Numbered from the stretch's first letter, positions 1-10,830 are shown. The stretch is DNA of 64,000 nt from Candidatus Latescibacterota bacterium (GCA_965237525.1 CBDEFO010000007.1:448001-512000); one strand, 5' to 3'. Made by a program: numbers and translations. The notes: generated by a model from the letters alone, not told the origin.

Positions 1-1
1 A

Positions 2-838
2 GTGGATGAACTTTATGGGCTCTGTGAGAAGCTGGACGAGCACGGTTTGTCAGCAATCCCAGCGCCGGAGAATCTGGCCAGAATGACCGATGAGGCCTGC
101 GCCAGGTTCGGCTTGAAGGCGCGTGACCTCGGCATGGTGGTGGGTGAGGCAGGTATGTGGCAGAACCTGATGACCGATGACGCGGAAGCGCGCCGCGAAC
201 GGATCGAGACTGTGCGTGCCCTGTTGCGCAAAGCGGAGGTGATGCGATGTGGGTGCGTGGTGACGCTGGTGGGCACCAAGGATCGCTCGGATGCAGTACT
301 GGCTCCACACCCGTACATGTATACGGACGACTGCAGGCGGGAGTTCCGGGACATCGTGCTCCGCATCCTGGACGGGCTGGACTTGCAGGCCACCAGGTAC
401 GTCATCGAGCCGTGGCACAACACATTCTTCTACCAGCCGGAAGACATCCGCGCCTTCATCGATAGCGTTGACCATCCCGCCTTCGGCCTGCACTTGGACC
501 AGATGAACCTAGTGAGCCAGAAGTACTTCTACAACACGACCGAGCTCATCGACCGAACGTTCGACCTCCTCGCCGACACTGTGGCCAGTGTCCACCTGAA
601 GGACATCCGCTGCGACCATCGCCATATGTTCCTGAAGTGGGACGAAGTCCACATTGGGGACGGCGTGATGGACTATGCCACCTATCTCAAGCACCTCAGC
701 CAGCTACCGTCGGACACGCCTTGTTTCTGCGAGCACATGCCCGAAGAAAGCGACTACGTGCTGAACTTCTCACGTCTTCATGATCTGGCAGCAGAGCTGG
801 GATTGCGATTCCTCAGGCGCGGTGAGTCAGCCACATAA
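2..838 (+). CDS. Sugar phosphate isomerase/epimerase (xylose-isomerase-like TIM barrel), probably 5'-truncated by the window edge
   Basis: Metal-ligand pattern IEPW...LHLDQMN...VHLKD...CEH typical of the AP_endonuc_2 family. Confidence 0.8.
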   Translation: MDELYGLCEKLDEHGLSAIPAPENLARMTDEACARFGLKARDLGMVVGEAGMWQNLMTDDAEARRERIETVRALLRKAEVMRCGCVVTLVGTKDRSDAVLAPHPYMYTDDCRREFRDIVLRILDGLDLQATRYVIEPWHNTFFYQPEDIRAFIDSVDHPAFGLHLDQMNLVSQKYFYNTTELIDRTFDLLADTVASVHLKDIRCDHRHMFLKWDEVHIGDGVMDYATYLKHLSQLPSDTPCFCEHMPEESDYVLNFSRLHDLAAELGLRFLRRGESAT

Positions 839-842
839 ACAC

Positions 843-900
843 TCAAACAGACGCTCCAGCAGACGCGAAGAAGCTGCGCCGCTGAGCTTTGCCGATGAGA
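843..900 (+). other. Degenerate attC-like hairpin
   Basis: CAAACAGACGCTCCAGCAGACG...GCCGCTGAGCTTTGCCGATGAG just after a stop codon. Inner arms resemble the attC at 13147, but both core sites deviate from consensus. Confidence 0.4.
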
Positions 901-926
901 TTCCATAAAGACGAGGAAATGGAAGA

Positions 927-2651
927 ATGATCAAGAACGCGAAATCCGCAGAGGAAGAGGTCGAGATTCTGAACGTCACAGTCGGTAAGCCGACCAAATT
1001 GAGCGATCTGACCTATTTGAATAGCGCCAGTCTGTCGGTGTCACGGAGAGGCGTAGCGGCAGCGTTCTATCCAAAGCCGGAAACGGGGCCGAGGTTCTAC
1101 AGAACTTCGACCGATGGCGGTGAAACGTGGGGAGAGGAAATGGAATCGCCACATCAACTCGCCGGCGGCGCCAGTAGCGTGGCGCTGCGCGACGGCGGCG
1201 TACTCAGATTCCTCACCAGTGACTCCTCGTTTAAGGGCGAGGCCGAGTTCCACAAATCGCCTATGGAGGGCGAGTACAAGGCTGGCTGGCTTACGCTCCA
1301 TTCTACCTTTGCCTGGTTCAACGACGACTATACACAATTCGAAGCCAAAGCGGTCCAGGTCTACATGCCCGATGCGGTGACGACCAAACAGGCGCACCTC
1401 GGAGTTTCCACTTGGCCGATCTTCGATAAGGGCAAGATTCTACAGCTTCCCAACGGGGATCTGTTAGCGCCGATGTACGGACTGTTTAAGGGGGACACCC
1501 GCAGTCGCGTTGTTCTATCCGTCTCGAGTGATCGCGGCCACACGTGGCGCTATTACGCGACTGTGGCCGACGGACGCGTTGATCCGAACCCCGAGTTGCC
1601 GGGCCAGTACAACGGCCCGTGTGAGCCGAGCATCGAATTGATGTCCAATGGGCAGATGATCTGCGTCATGCGGACGCAATACTCGCACCTCCCGAGCGAG
1701 TATCGGCCTATGTCCGTCAGTTGGTCGGATGATCTGGGAAAGACGTGGACGGAGCCGCGGCCGACTAATCCGCACCTGATGACGATCTGGCCAACCGTTC
1801 AGATGCTGGATAACGGCGTTCTGGCGTGTGTATATGGGCGGCCGGGTTTCCACGTAGCCTTCAGCACGGACTACGGACGCACCTGGCGCGATCGCATCAG
1901 CTTTTCGCATGCGCCCGAACCGGTTGTCACCGGTCAGGTGGACGGTATCAAGGTTGGCCCGAATAAGCTGCTGTCGATCGGTGGGACGGAAGGGGGAGCG
2001 CAGGTGTTCCCGGTGACCGTTGAACGGGTGAGGATCTCACCGACGCGGATCACGTTGTCCGGCCAGGTCGTTGATGTAGGGGGCGCGCCGATTCCTAGTG
2101 CTACAGTGGAGCGAGGTCCGAATCGTTACGTAGCTGACGACTGGATAGAGGACAAAGAGACTGAGCTGGATCTCTGGAAGGCTGCGCCAAGGCTCATTGG
2201 CAATCCCCGCCTTTCGTATCGATCGATACAGAGCGTCAATGGATATCCAACCGCCAAGTCGGAGGTGGACGGGCGGTTCCGATTCACCGATGTTGAATTG
2301 GGTGAGTGTGTTTTAACGGTGGAGGCGGAGGGCTGCGTGCCGCAGCATCGACACGTTAGAGTCGGGCTTCAGGCCGAGCCGCAGGACTTTACACTCAAGC
2401 AGGGCCGACTTGTCCGCGGACAGGTCGTCGATGAGCGCGGCAAACCAATCGGTGGTGTCTGCGTCGTGTTGAATCGCTGGCATTGCCACACTGACCCGGA
2501 CGGGTATTACCATTGGGCGGTCAAAGCTCCCGTGCCGGAGCAGGTAACGCTGAGAATCTACAAGCGGTACAGCGATCGGTACGAGACGTTGAAAACGACG
2601 GTTGCTCTGTCGCAGCTCGAACGTCAGCCGACCGCCTTGAAGAACAGATAG
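927..2651 (+). CDS. Sialidase-like BNR/Asp-box beta-propeller protein with C-terminal carboxypeptidase-regulatory-like beta-sandwich domains
   Basis: Four Asp-boxes (STDGGETW, SSDRGHTW, SDDLGKTW, STDYGRTW); C-terminal LSGQVVD..G.PI and VRGQVVDERGKPI motifs. Confidence 0.75.
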   Translation: MIKNAKSAEEEVEILNVTVGKPTKLSDLTYLNSASLSVSRRGVAAAFYPKPETGPRFYRTSTDGGETWGEEMESPHQLAGGASSVALRDGGVLRFLTSDSSFKGEAEFHKSPMEGEYKAGWLTLHSTFAWFNDDYTQFEAKAVQVYMPDAVTTKQAHLGVSTWPIFDKGKILQLPNGDLLAPMYGLFKGDTRSRVVLSVSSDRGHTWRYYATVADGRVDPNPELPGQYNGPCEPSIELMSNGQMICVMRTQYSHLPSEYRPMSVSWSDDLGKTWTEPRPTNPHLMTIWPTVQMLDNGVLACVYGRPGFHVAFSTDYGRTWRDRISFSHAPEPVVTGQVDGIKVGPNKLLSIGGTEGGAQVFPVTVERVRISPTRITLSGQVVDVGGAPIPSATVERGPNRYVADDWIEDKETELDLWKAAPRLIGNPRLSYRSIQSVNGYPTAKSEVDGRFRFTDVELGECVLTVEAEGCVPQHRHVRVGLQAEPQDFTLKQGRLVRGQVVDERGKPIGGVCVVLNRWHCHTDPDGYYHWAVKAPVPEQVTLRIYKRYSDRYETLKTTVALSQLERQPTALKNR

Positions 2652-2730
2652 TTGGACGGTGACGAGTAGCGTCGAGGCCAAAGTGACCGTACCCGGATCA
2701 GGGAAGCTGCAGATAATTTAGCTCTTTACC

Positions 2731-4032
2731 GGTTGAATATCAAATGAAATCGGTGCACCTAATTTGATCTTTGTTTAGAGTATTAGTAGATTAAGTTGAG
2801 TTGATTGTCTTAACTTTAATCTACGGAGTCCTATGGACAAAGAGAGATTGGCCGTATTAAGACAAGAAGTCAACGAGATGTATTTTAAGAAAGAAATGTC
2901 AAAGCGAGAAGTTATCAAACAAGCGAGAGTTTCCAATGATTTCGTTACGGCTTGGACTAAATCTCCGGATCAGGATTTTGCCATGGATAATCGGGGTTGG
3001 CCAAAAGGAAAAAGGCGAAAATTGGCTAAAGTTGACGAACAGAGAATCAAAGAGATTTACCATAGCTTAGAGGACGATCCTTATCAGTTCTATTCAGGAG
3101 CCACTGTTATTGAACAAGAATGGAGGAATCGATATTCTAGCACCCCTCCTCCGTCGTTGCCGACTATCGGCAGAATGCTTTCAGATTTAGGACTTTCCCA
3201 GAGAAGGAAGAAAGGTAAAAACAAGGGTGCATCTCGTTATCTTTGTTATCCAGAGTATACCATTTACTATCTTTCAGGAGGCAGAGTCCTAGAATCAGAC
3301 TTTATTGGTAAAAAGTATCTTACCGGCAGAACTGAGCCGGTCAACTTCGTTGGATTTTCCTTTAAGAAAGAGCCTAAGTTAAGGTATTTTCGGCGGGTTG
3401 ACGGTCAAACAGCAACTAACTTTATCGAGAAGTGTCAGTCTTTCTTTGACAGGTTTGAAAAACCAGATTTCGTTAAGGTGGACAATTGCTCGGCGACTAT
3501 TGGCAGTGTTTCAGGTAAAAGGAATGTCAGCAAAGCAATGCAGTTTCTCTTGAAAAATCAAGTGATTCCGATATTTGCCGTTCCCAGAAGGCCCTTTTCT
3601 CAAGCATCTATAGAAGGCAACAATTCTGTATTTTCAAGGAAGTTCTGGAACAGAATTCAGTTCAAAAGCTTACAAGAAGTTGATCAGAAGTTAGAATGGT
3701 TTAATCTTTCATCACAGAGATACACCGGCTACCGTCCACCTAAGCAAGAGAAGTCAAACGAGAAAGATTTCATTCCCAAGACCTATTTTATCAGACAAGT
3801 CAAACAGGACACAGAACAGACAGATAAAGCCTTTATCGATGTCCTAAATGAGAAAGTATCTCTTCCCTCCTCTTACACCAACTACTTTGTCCTGGCTGAA
3901 TGGAACCTAAAAGAAGAACAATTATACATCCATTTTGAAAAAGAACAGAAACCAAAGATTGTCGAAAACCTATCATTCAAGATCAATCAAAGATCGAAAG
4001 AGAAGTGCACCGATTTCATTTGATAAATAACC
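2731..4032 (+). mobile_element. Insertion sequence copy 1 (1302 bp; integrase-core DDE, IS481-like or unclassified)
   Basis: 28-bp TIRs GGTTGAATATCAAATGAAATCGGTGCAC / GGTTATTTATCAAATGAAATCGGTGCAC (3 mismatches); 6-bp TSD TTTACC at 2725-2730 and 4033-4038. Confidence 0.92.
2833..4023 (+). CDS. DDE transposase (integrase core domain)
   Basis: N-terminal HTH-like region; ESDFIG, KVDN and SIEGNN triad; lies between the TIRs. Confidence 0.85.
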   Translation: MDKERLAVLRQEVNEMYFKKEMSKREVIKQARVSNDFVTAWTKSPDQDFAMDNRGWPKGKRRKLAKVDEQRIKEIYHSLEDDPYQFYSGATVIEQEWRNRYSSTPPPSLPTIGRMLSDLGLSQRRKKGKNKGASRYLCYPEYTIYYLSGGRVLESDFIGKKYLTGRTEPVNFVGFSFKKEPKLRYFRRVDGQTATNFIEKCQSFFDRFEKPDFVKVDNCSATIGSVSGKRNVSKAMQFLLKNQVIPIFAVPRRPFSQASIEGNNSVFSRKFWNRIQFKSLQEVDQKLEWFNLSSQRYTGYRPPKQEKSNEKDFIPKTYFIRQVKQDTEQTDKAFIDVLNEKVSLPSSYTNYFVLAEWNLKEEQLYIHFEKEQKPKIVENLSFKINQRSKEKCTDFI

Positions 4033-4296
4033 TTTACCAACTAGGTAGTTGCCCGCCTGGCCGTCGGACGACGGCAGTTCGTTGTCAGGCTCAGACGTGA
4101 CTTTCAAGCACGGCTCTACCACCTGTGGGTGGCAGGTAACTGATAGCTCTTGCTTCGGAGGTGAGCCCATGGACCTGCCTACCAAGACAAATCCACAGGT
4201 GGATATTGGAATAAAGGGCCCTCATCTGGGAAAGTGAATTGGCCGGTCGCAGCGTGCCAACAAAACGGATCTTAACTCGCTGGAGGGAGATGGAAC

Positions 4297-6861
4297 ATGA
4301 AAAAACGGAGCATGGTTGCCTATGCAGTCGTAGCCGTCGGATTAACAGCCTTCAATGTCAGAGGAGAGGGGGAAGCCAACATGCAGGATAGTTCCGTTGC
4401 GCCTATGGAGTGGATGAAACTGGATCGAGACAAGGGTTACGTTGTCTTTAATTACAGCACGCTGAAGAACCTGCCGCCTTCGCATGTGCCCACTCCGGAC
4501 GACGTTGTGAAGAAGGTTTCGTGCGCCTTAGCCAGGGATGAGTACGAGTCCATTCAGATCGGCGTGCACGCGATCTCAGACGGCGTCAAGGACGTCCGGA
4601 TCGAGGTGGAATCGGACCTCGAGGTGACCGTTTACCATCGCATCGACCCTGGCGTCAAACAGAAACTAGCTGAAACGGACATGCCGTGGCTGAGCACGAT
4701 ACCCGGAGAAGTCTTTCTGCAGCGGGGTGATGTCGTAGCCGACCTTCCCAGGGGCACGAGCGTCAATTTCTGGCTGACGTTTCTTGCGGATCGCGAGACA
4801 TCCGAGGGTCCGCACGCGGGCAAGATCCGCATCAAACCCGCGGGCAAGCCGGTGACGGTTGTTGACCTCAACGTACGGGTGCGACCCATAGTGCTGCAGA
4901 CGCCGCGCGCCGCGTTCGGCATGTTCTATCGCGGGGGTTCCCTGCCTGACTATAGGGACATGGCGGTGCACGGGCAGAACTCGGTCACGTTCTACGGGGC
5001 GGGAGACTTCAGTGAGTCGCCACCCAAGAGCAGCCGGCTGCCGAAGTCCCTGGGGCTGGCGAAGGAGGCGGGACTCATCCACCCGGATGTGCCGTGTCTC
5101 ATTCTACAGGGCAACATCCCGAACATCGAGGAAGGACAGAGAAGAGCGGCAGTGGCGTGGCTGGAGGCGCAACGACTGGAGCAGGGATGGCCGGAGATCA
5201 TCGTATACGGCTGGGATGAGCCGCCCTATCCCGCGCCCGGGTTGAGGGAAGAGTATCTTCCTATGCGCGACGTGTCCATGCGGTTGGGGACAGGCATGTC
5301 TGGCACGGCGGCGTACGCGCACGGTGACGTCCACGATGTGTGGATCGTTCATGACGGACATATCACGCCCGAGATGCGGGCCGAGGCGGAGCGCCGCGGA
5401 GCGCAGGTCTGGACGTATTCGTATCGCATACTGAGAAAAGGTTACAAGCCGGTTCGGCAGCGTTACTATGCGGGACTTTACACCTGGGCGCACCGGCTTG
5501 GGGGGAATGTCGTATGGGCCTACACCGACGGAACCCGCCACGGCCATGTCTGGTGGTTGCCCGGCAGTGACGAGCCGATGCCCGTCACCGGCTGGGAAGC
5601 GCGTCGCGAGGGCGTTGACGACTATCGCTATCTCCAGATGGTCGAGGACTGCGCGGCGGCGAACGAGGGTGATCCCCTAGCCGTGGAGGCGGCCGCATGG
5701 CTCGAGGCCCTGCGGGCCCGCCTGACCCCGTTCGATCCCTACCTGGCCGAGGCGGGAAAACCGTTGACCTTCGATGAATACGACGAGATCCGGGCAACGG
5801 CGTCCGACTATATTGAGAAGCTGGGCGCGCCGACCGGACGCGTTGAGCCGTGGCCGGTCACGAACCTCAAGGACGAGGCCGCTTCTTTCCGCGACAGGTC
5901 CGTAAAAGAGTGCATTGCGGGGTTGGGGGGTTCCCATGCCTCCGAGCGTCGAAGCGCTGCGTGGGTGCTCTTTGAGATGGGGGCGGAGGCAGCCCCTGCC
6001 GTAGATGCGCTTGTCGCTGCGCTTGAGGACCCGGAGGTTCGCATCCCCGCTCTGCGAGCGCTTGAGGGTATCGGCCCGGATGCGTACTCAGCGGCGCCGA
6101 GAGTTTCGTCGCTTCTGTCGCATGCCGATGCCTACGTGCGTCTGGGTGCAACGTTTGCCCTCACCGGCATGACGCGTCCCCCGAGCTGGGATGAAGATGT
6201 AAAGGGCTACCTACCGGATGAGCTGTCGTTGTATGCTCGCACTGTTGTCGCACCGCTTCGCCAGGCGCTGCGAGACGGGGACCGCTCGGTCGTGCAGATG
6301 GCCGCACTCGGGCTGTTCCTCTCCGGTGAGGCTGGTGCACCCGCGCTGCCTGACGCGATGGCTCTGCTGGGACCCCACAAGGAGTTCGGTTTACGGGTGC
6401 TATCGGGGATAGGTCCGGGGGCTGCGAGCGCCGTTCCCGTCCTCGTAAAGACGTACGAGGAATCCAAAGGCGGAGGAGACTGGCTCACCGCCCGGACGCT
6501 GGCGGCGATCGGGCCGGCGGCCTCTGAGGCCGTCCCGATTCTGGAGGAGTATCTCACGCCGGAAAACTGGTACCTGGCTGACGCCTGCTACGCCCTCTAC
6601 TGCATTCGTGGGGGCGAGTCGGAGCTCAAGACCCTGGCGGAGATTGTGGGAGAGAAGAGCCGTCCAAGAGGCGGCGCAGAGTGGCGGGCTGCCGCCAGGT
6701 TCCTCTCGGCCCTGGGCAGCGAGGCCGCGTCTGTCGTCCCCCTGGTCAGGGAACGGCTACCACTTCTGGATACCGATCCTTCGCTAAGGCGCTACATCGA
6801 GGACGTTTTCTTCAAGAGAGTGGAGGAAGGGGCGCCGCCTCTCAGATTGCTGTTGCGGTGA
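4297..6861 (+). CDS. G1: secreted GH123/DUF4091-like glycoside hydrolase fused to HEAT repeats
   Basis: Signal peptide MKKRSMVAYAVVAVGLTAFNVRG; LARDEYESIQ; YGWDEP; WEARREGVDDYRYLQM; C-terminal LxxIGPxAxxAVPxL repeats. Confidence 0.7.
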   Translation: MKKRSMVAYAVVAVGLTAFNVRGEGEANMQDSSVAPMEWMKLDRDKGYVVFNYSTLKNLPPSHVPTPDDVVKKVSCALARDEYESIQIGVHAISDGVKDVRIEVESDLEVTVYHRIDPGVKQKLAETDMPWLSTIPGEVFLQRGDVVADLPRGTSVNFWLTFLADRETSEGPHAGKIRIKPAGKPVTVVDLNVRVRPIVLQTPRAAFGMFYRGGSLPDYRDMAVHGQNSVTFYGAGDFSESPPKSSRLPKSLGLAKEAGLIHPDVPCLILQGNIPNIEEGQRRAAVAWLEAQRLEQGWPEIIVYGWDEPPYPAPGLREEYLPMRDVSMRLGTGMSGTAAYAHGDVHDVWIVHDGHITPEMRAEAERRGAQVWTYSYRILRKGYKPVRQRYYAGLYTWAHRLGGNVVWAYTDGTRHGHVWWLPGSDEPMPVTGWEARREGVDDYRYLQMVEDCAAANEGDPLAVEAAAWLEALRARLTPFDPYLAEAGKPLTFDEYDEIRATASDYIEKLGAPTGRVEPWPVTNLKDEAASFRDRSVKECIAGLGGSHASERRSAAWVLFEMGAEAAPAVDALVAALEDPEVRIPALRALEGIGPDAYSAAPRVSSLLSHADAYVRLGATFALTGMTRPPSWDEDVKGYLPDELSLYARTVVAPLRQALRDGDRSVVQMAALGLFLSGEAGAPALPDAMALLGPHKEFGLRVLSGIGPGAASAVPVLVKTYEESKGGGDWLTARTLAAIGPAASEAVPILEEYLTPENWYLADACYALYCIRGGESELKTLAEIVGEKSRPRGGAEWRAAARFLSALGSEAASVVPLVRERLPLLDTDPSLRRYIEDVFFKRVEEGAPPLRLLLR

Positions 6862-7037
6862 AGCAAGAGAACACTCCATGTCCCTACACATTGTCGTCTG
6901 TAGGATCTCCCAAAACGTATCAGGAAAGATAGGGGGCCTTTTCGGTGGGGAAGTCAAGCAGTTCCGGGAGGCTTTGATAGTTGAAGGTGTGGAGGGTCCA
7001 GCCAAGCGTTATGCGGATAGGTTCCCGGAGAGATAGC

Positions 7038-8204
7038 ATGACAAAAGAGGGCAAGATGGTATTCACCGGCGGGGGCTGGGTGATCGAGAGTGCTTCGCAG
7101 AGCCAGAAGCGAAGCAAGATCATCGACGCGCACTACCACATCTTTCCCCGACTCGGTTCACAGCGCAAGGGGATCGACCCAGAGCTGTTCCTGAAATTCT
7201 GGCAGATTCACTCGCGCGAATCTAACAGCTTCTGGCGAAAGGACGACGGCACGCGCGTCAGCGAAAAGTTTCTGCAGTTTGAGTCCTACAAGATAGACGA
7301 TATGCCGAAAGTGAATTTCCGTCTGACCGACTATGGACAGGCAGAAATCACAGTTGCCGGGGTGGATTACGTCATGCAGCTTTACCCGCCCAGCCTCGCT
7401 AACAATGAAGCCCCGCCGCAGCGTATGGTCGCCGAGATGAATCTGGCTGGCGTCGATACAGGTGTCCTCCAACACGATCACGTCTACGGCGATCTGAACG
7501 AATACTTCGGCCAGGCGATGAAAGATCACCCCGGCCGATTCATCGGGCTGGCGCAGATTTGGGAACCGGAGGCTGACAACCGCCGGCGCCTGGAGGACGT
7601 TGAACGGGCGATCTCTGAGTACGGCAGCAAAGGTTTGTACTTCAGCGTCGAGCCTTTCTCAGTGTTGCAGCAGTATTTCATACTCAACGACCCGAAATTC
7701 GACCCCTTGTGGGGCCTCGTGCGGAAACTCGAGATTCCGATTTTCTGGTACCTCGACGACCGGACGATTGATCGCGTCGATATGTTCATGAGGCGAGTGG
7801 CTGAGTTTGATGAATGGGCCCAGAGACATCCTGATATTCAGTCGGTCATCACCCACGGACTTGTCCCCGCTGCGATTATTCATGACATCGGCATCCCCGA
7901 TGAAGTGATTGCATTGCTGGATCGCCCAAACATCTATGCGGAGGTTTTGTTTCCCGCCAAGTCGCCGGACTATCCGTATCCACTTGGCCAGCAACAACTT
8001 GAGCAATTGCGCAATCGGGTAGGCGCTCACAAACTGCTCTGGGGAACGGACAGTCCCTACGGGATGGCCATGTGGTGCACCTACCGCCAGGCATTGGATT
8101 TCATTCGCCTGCACTGCGATTTCCTGTCGCAGGAAGAAAAAGACCTGATTCTCGGCGGCAACGCGGCGAGGCTGTTTGGCATTGCGCAATACCACTCAGG
8201 ATAA
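7038..8204 (+). CDS. Amidohydrolase family protein (amidohydro_2); start uncertain
   Basis: IIDAHYH, LLWGTDSPY and ILGGNAARLF motifs. Confidence 0.85.
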   Translation: MTKEGKMVFTGGGWVIESASQSQKRSKIIDAHYHIFPRLGSQRKGIDPELFLKFWQIHSRESNSFWRKDDGTRVSEKFLQFESYKIDDMPKVNFRLTDYGQAEITVAGVDYVMQLYPPSLANNEAPPQRMVAEMNLAGVDTGVLQHDHVYGDLNEYFGQAMKDHPGRFIGLAQIWEPEADNRRRLEDVERAISEYGSKGLYFSVEPFSVLQQYFILNDPKFDPLWGLVRKLEIPIFWYLDDRTIDRVDMFMRRVAEFDEWAQRHPDIQSVITHGLVPAAIIHDIGIPDEVIALLDRPNIYAEVLFPAKSPDYPYPLGQQQLEQLRNRVGAHKLLWGTDSPYGMAMWCTYRQALDFIRLHCDFLSQEEKDLILGGNAARLFGIAQYHSG

Positions 8205-8326
8205 TCTGTAGTGACAGGAGTTAGAGCTCTCTGGACAGTTAGAAGGTGGAATCCCAATCTATCTGGTCGATAGATGTTGGCAATCCTATTTTCAACAGGA
8301 GGTGCAAGATCACACAAACGAAAAAG

Positions 8327-9139
8327 ATGTCAGGCAAACGTGTGCTCGTGACGGGTTCGGGCACCGGAATTGGCAGGGGCGTCGCACTGGAGTTTGCGAA
8401 GGAAGGAGCTTCCGTCGTTCTCCATTATGCTCACAGCGAGACAGGAGCCCGTACGGCAGTAGATGAAATCAAGCGCGACGGCGGGAAGGCAGAGGCATTC
8501 AAGGCGGATTTCTGTGACATCCATCAGGTTCGGGGATTGGTCTCAACGGCGATGGATTTTCTAGGCGGGATCGATGTCATTGTGAACAACGCCGGCATCA
8601 CGATGAACAGGCCATTCCTGAAGGTGACGCCCGAGCAATTCGACACGCTCTACAACGTAAACATACGTGCTATGTTCTTTGCGACCCAGTCGGCCGTGCC
8701 TGCTATGATCGAACAGGGTCAGGGTGTGGTGATCAACCTGAGTTCGGTGCATGCGTTCACTGGCATGAGCGAGCATACGGTTTACGCCGGCACCAAAGCG
8801 GCAATCGTGGCTTTCACACGTGTTCTGGCGTTGGAACTGGCGCCCAAGGGCATTCGCGTTAACGCGATTGCACCGGGTTGGATTCTCGTGGAAAACCATC
8901 TAAAAGTACTGAAGGACTTGGACCCGGAAGCTGCCGGTCGCACGATTCCCGCGGGTATCATTGGAGACCCCTGGGACATTGGACGGTTGGCTGTCTTTAT
9001 GGCGTCTGAGGATGCGCGGTATATCATTGGCCAGACGTTCATCTCCGACGGGGGCCAGAATGGGATCATGCCGCTGACCGGGGATTTCCGTGAGCCGCGG
9101 CAGGAACAATGGGGGCAAGGTTACGTGCCTGGCCTGTGA
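8327..9139 (+). CDS. SDR family NAD(P)-dependent oxidoreductase
   Basis: TGSGTGIG, NNAG, YAGTK and NAIAPG motifs. Confidence 0.92.
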   Translation: MSGKRVLVTGSGTGIGRGVALEFAKEGASVVLHYAHSETGARTAVDEIKRDGGKAEAFKADFCDIHQVRGLVSTAMDFLGGIDVIVNNAGITMNRPFLKVTPEQFDTLYNVNIRAMFFATQSAVPAMIEQGQGVVINLSSVHAFTGMSEHTVYAGTKAAIVAFTRVLALELAPKGIRVNAIAPGWILVENHLKVLKDLDPEAAGRTIPAGIIGDPWDIGRLAVFMASEDARYIIGQTFISDGGQNGIMPLTGDFREPRQEQWGQGYVPGL

Positions 9140-9717
9140 CTGGAGCGGTAAGTGGACAATTCGTCCAGCCTGACTGAATCTATACACAACAGGACAATCT
9201 CGACTGCCTTGAACCGTTGACGCTCATCGCAAAGGAGTGGCGCTTCAGTTTCAACGCTGGGTATGATACTCTCCATTTGACGGTGATGGTTGTCACGCTT
9301 AATCGCACGCGGATCGGCGGCGAGTGCTGGCTCCAATTGAGCACCGCGGGGCGTACAGATCAAGACGAAGTCGAGATCATCGCGCAGAAGTGGAACTCGA
9401 GGCGGCCTGCACGGGGGCAAGACGGACAGCAAAGCAGATTGCGCGGACACTGGCCAGTAAGGCGGCCCAGGCGAGGCATTTGTCGTCCCCGGATGGGGTC
9501 ATCGTTCTGCTGTGTCAGCGTTGGCTGATCTCATACAGTCTGGGCGGGTGTGAGCTGTTCCGGATGCTGGCGTTTGGAGCCAGGACGCTGTGATAGCGGA
9601 CTAGCTTGAGGCTTCGTGGCCGTAACAGAACGGCGAGCTTTTCTATGAATATACCTTGTGTGTCGTTATCTCCCGATGCTTCTGTCGAGTCGCCCCAAAA
9701 TTGTGAAGGTCCTAAGA

Positions 9718-9850
9718 AGATATCGAAAGATAATCTCCAACGGTATCTTGCCGGTGACGCTTCATTGAATGTGTGTGCTCTAAAGTGCGGTTCTAAATGG
9801 TATGATCGAATTCACAGAAAGTGTTGAAATTATGGAAATGGATTCTCCCG
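9718..9850 (+). repeat. Diverged direct repeat of 10751-10880 (3' end and downstream flank of the next gene)
   Basis: AAAGATAATCTCCxACGGTATCTTGCCGGTGA...TTGAATGTGTGTG...CAGAAAGTGTTGAAA occurs at both positions. Confidence 0.85.
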
Positions 9851-9873
9851 GTATTGGTGATGAGGATTGGCTT

Positions 9874-10830
9874 ATGAAGATCGTATTGGCTTTTGATTTA
9901 GGTGAGGAATTCGTCCGAGATTTACGGGCAACTTTCCCGGATGTCGATTTCCGACCCGCCTACAACCTTGAGGATGAGGTGAAAGAGGTAGTTGACGCTG
10001 AAGTCCAGTTTGGATTGATCAGCCAAGGCGCCTTCCAGGAAGCAAATTGCCTGCGCTGGTTCCATTATATTGGTATGGGTTTTGACAATATTTTGAAAGA
10101 AGTACCGGAAATCGTTGAAAGCGATATCCTTTTTACGAACACATTAGGAACTCACGTCATCCCTATGGCGGACCATACCTTTGCTATGATCCTGGCGTTT
10201 GCGCATCACATTCCCGAATTAATAGCCGACCAAAAAGCTCATCGTTGGGACACACAAAATTACATGGATGTGATGATAGAATTGGCAGGTACTACTATGG
10301 GGGTAGTTGCGTTGGGCGATGTGGGCAAGGCCATTGCTCAGCGAGCGCGTGGCTTCGATATGGACGTTTACGCTGTCGATATTCACCCAATGTCACCCCC
10401 GCTGGGTGTCCGGGAAGTGTGGGGTATGGAACGCTTGGACGAGCTCCTGTCTCTATCCGACTGGTTGGTTGTTACTGCTCCCTATACTGCTGAGAGCCGT
10501 AATATGATTGACCGCCGGTGTATCGAGCGCATCAAGCCGGGCGCCCATATCATCGTGATATCAAGAGGGGGGATCGTAGACGAAGAGGCGTTGGTCGATG
10601 CCCTTCGATCGGGACACATCGCAGGAGCTGGATTGGACGTTTTGGCCCAGGAGCCCCCGCCTTCTGATAGTCCCTTATGGGATGTGCCCAATGTTCTTCT
10701 ATCTCCCCATGTATCCGCACACTCTCCGCAGCTCTGGGTGCGTCGTGGGCAGATATTCAAAGATAATCTCCGACGGTATCTTGCCGGTGAACCTTTATTG
10801 AATGTGTGTGATCTAAAGGCCGGTTTTTAA
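9874..10830 (+). CDS. D-2-hydroxyacid dehydrogenase
   Basis: VALGDVG Rossmann motif, ISRGGIVDE, AGLDV..EP, SPHVS; start chosen at MKIVLAF after GAGGA. Confidence 0.9.
   Translation: MKIVLAFDLGEEFVRDLRATFPDVDFRPAYNLEDEVKEVVDAEVQFGLISQGAFQEANCLRWFHYIGMGFDNILKEVPEIVESDILFTNTLGTHVIPMADHTFAMILAFAHHIPELIADQKAHRWDTQNYMDVMIELAGTTMGVVALGDVGKAIAQRARGFDMDVYAVDIHPMSPPLGVREVWGMERLDELLSLSDWLVVTAPYTAESRNMIDRRCIERIKPGAHIIVISRGGIVDEEALVDALRSGHIAGAGLDVLAQEPPPSDSPLWDVPNVLLSPHVSAHSPQLWVRRGQIFKDNLRRYLAGEPLLNVCDLKAGF

Noticed and set aside
9217..9600. Short ORFs between the SDR and dehydrogenase genes
   Set aside because: No RBS or recognisable domain; probably decayed sequence
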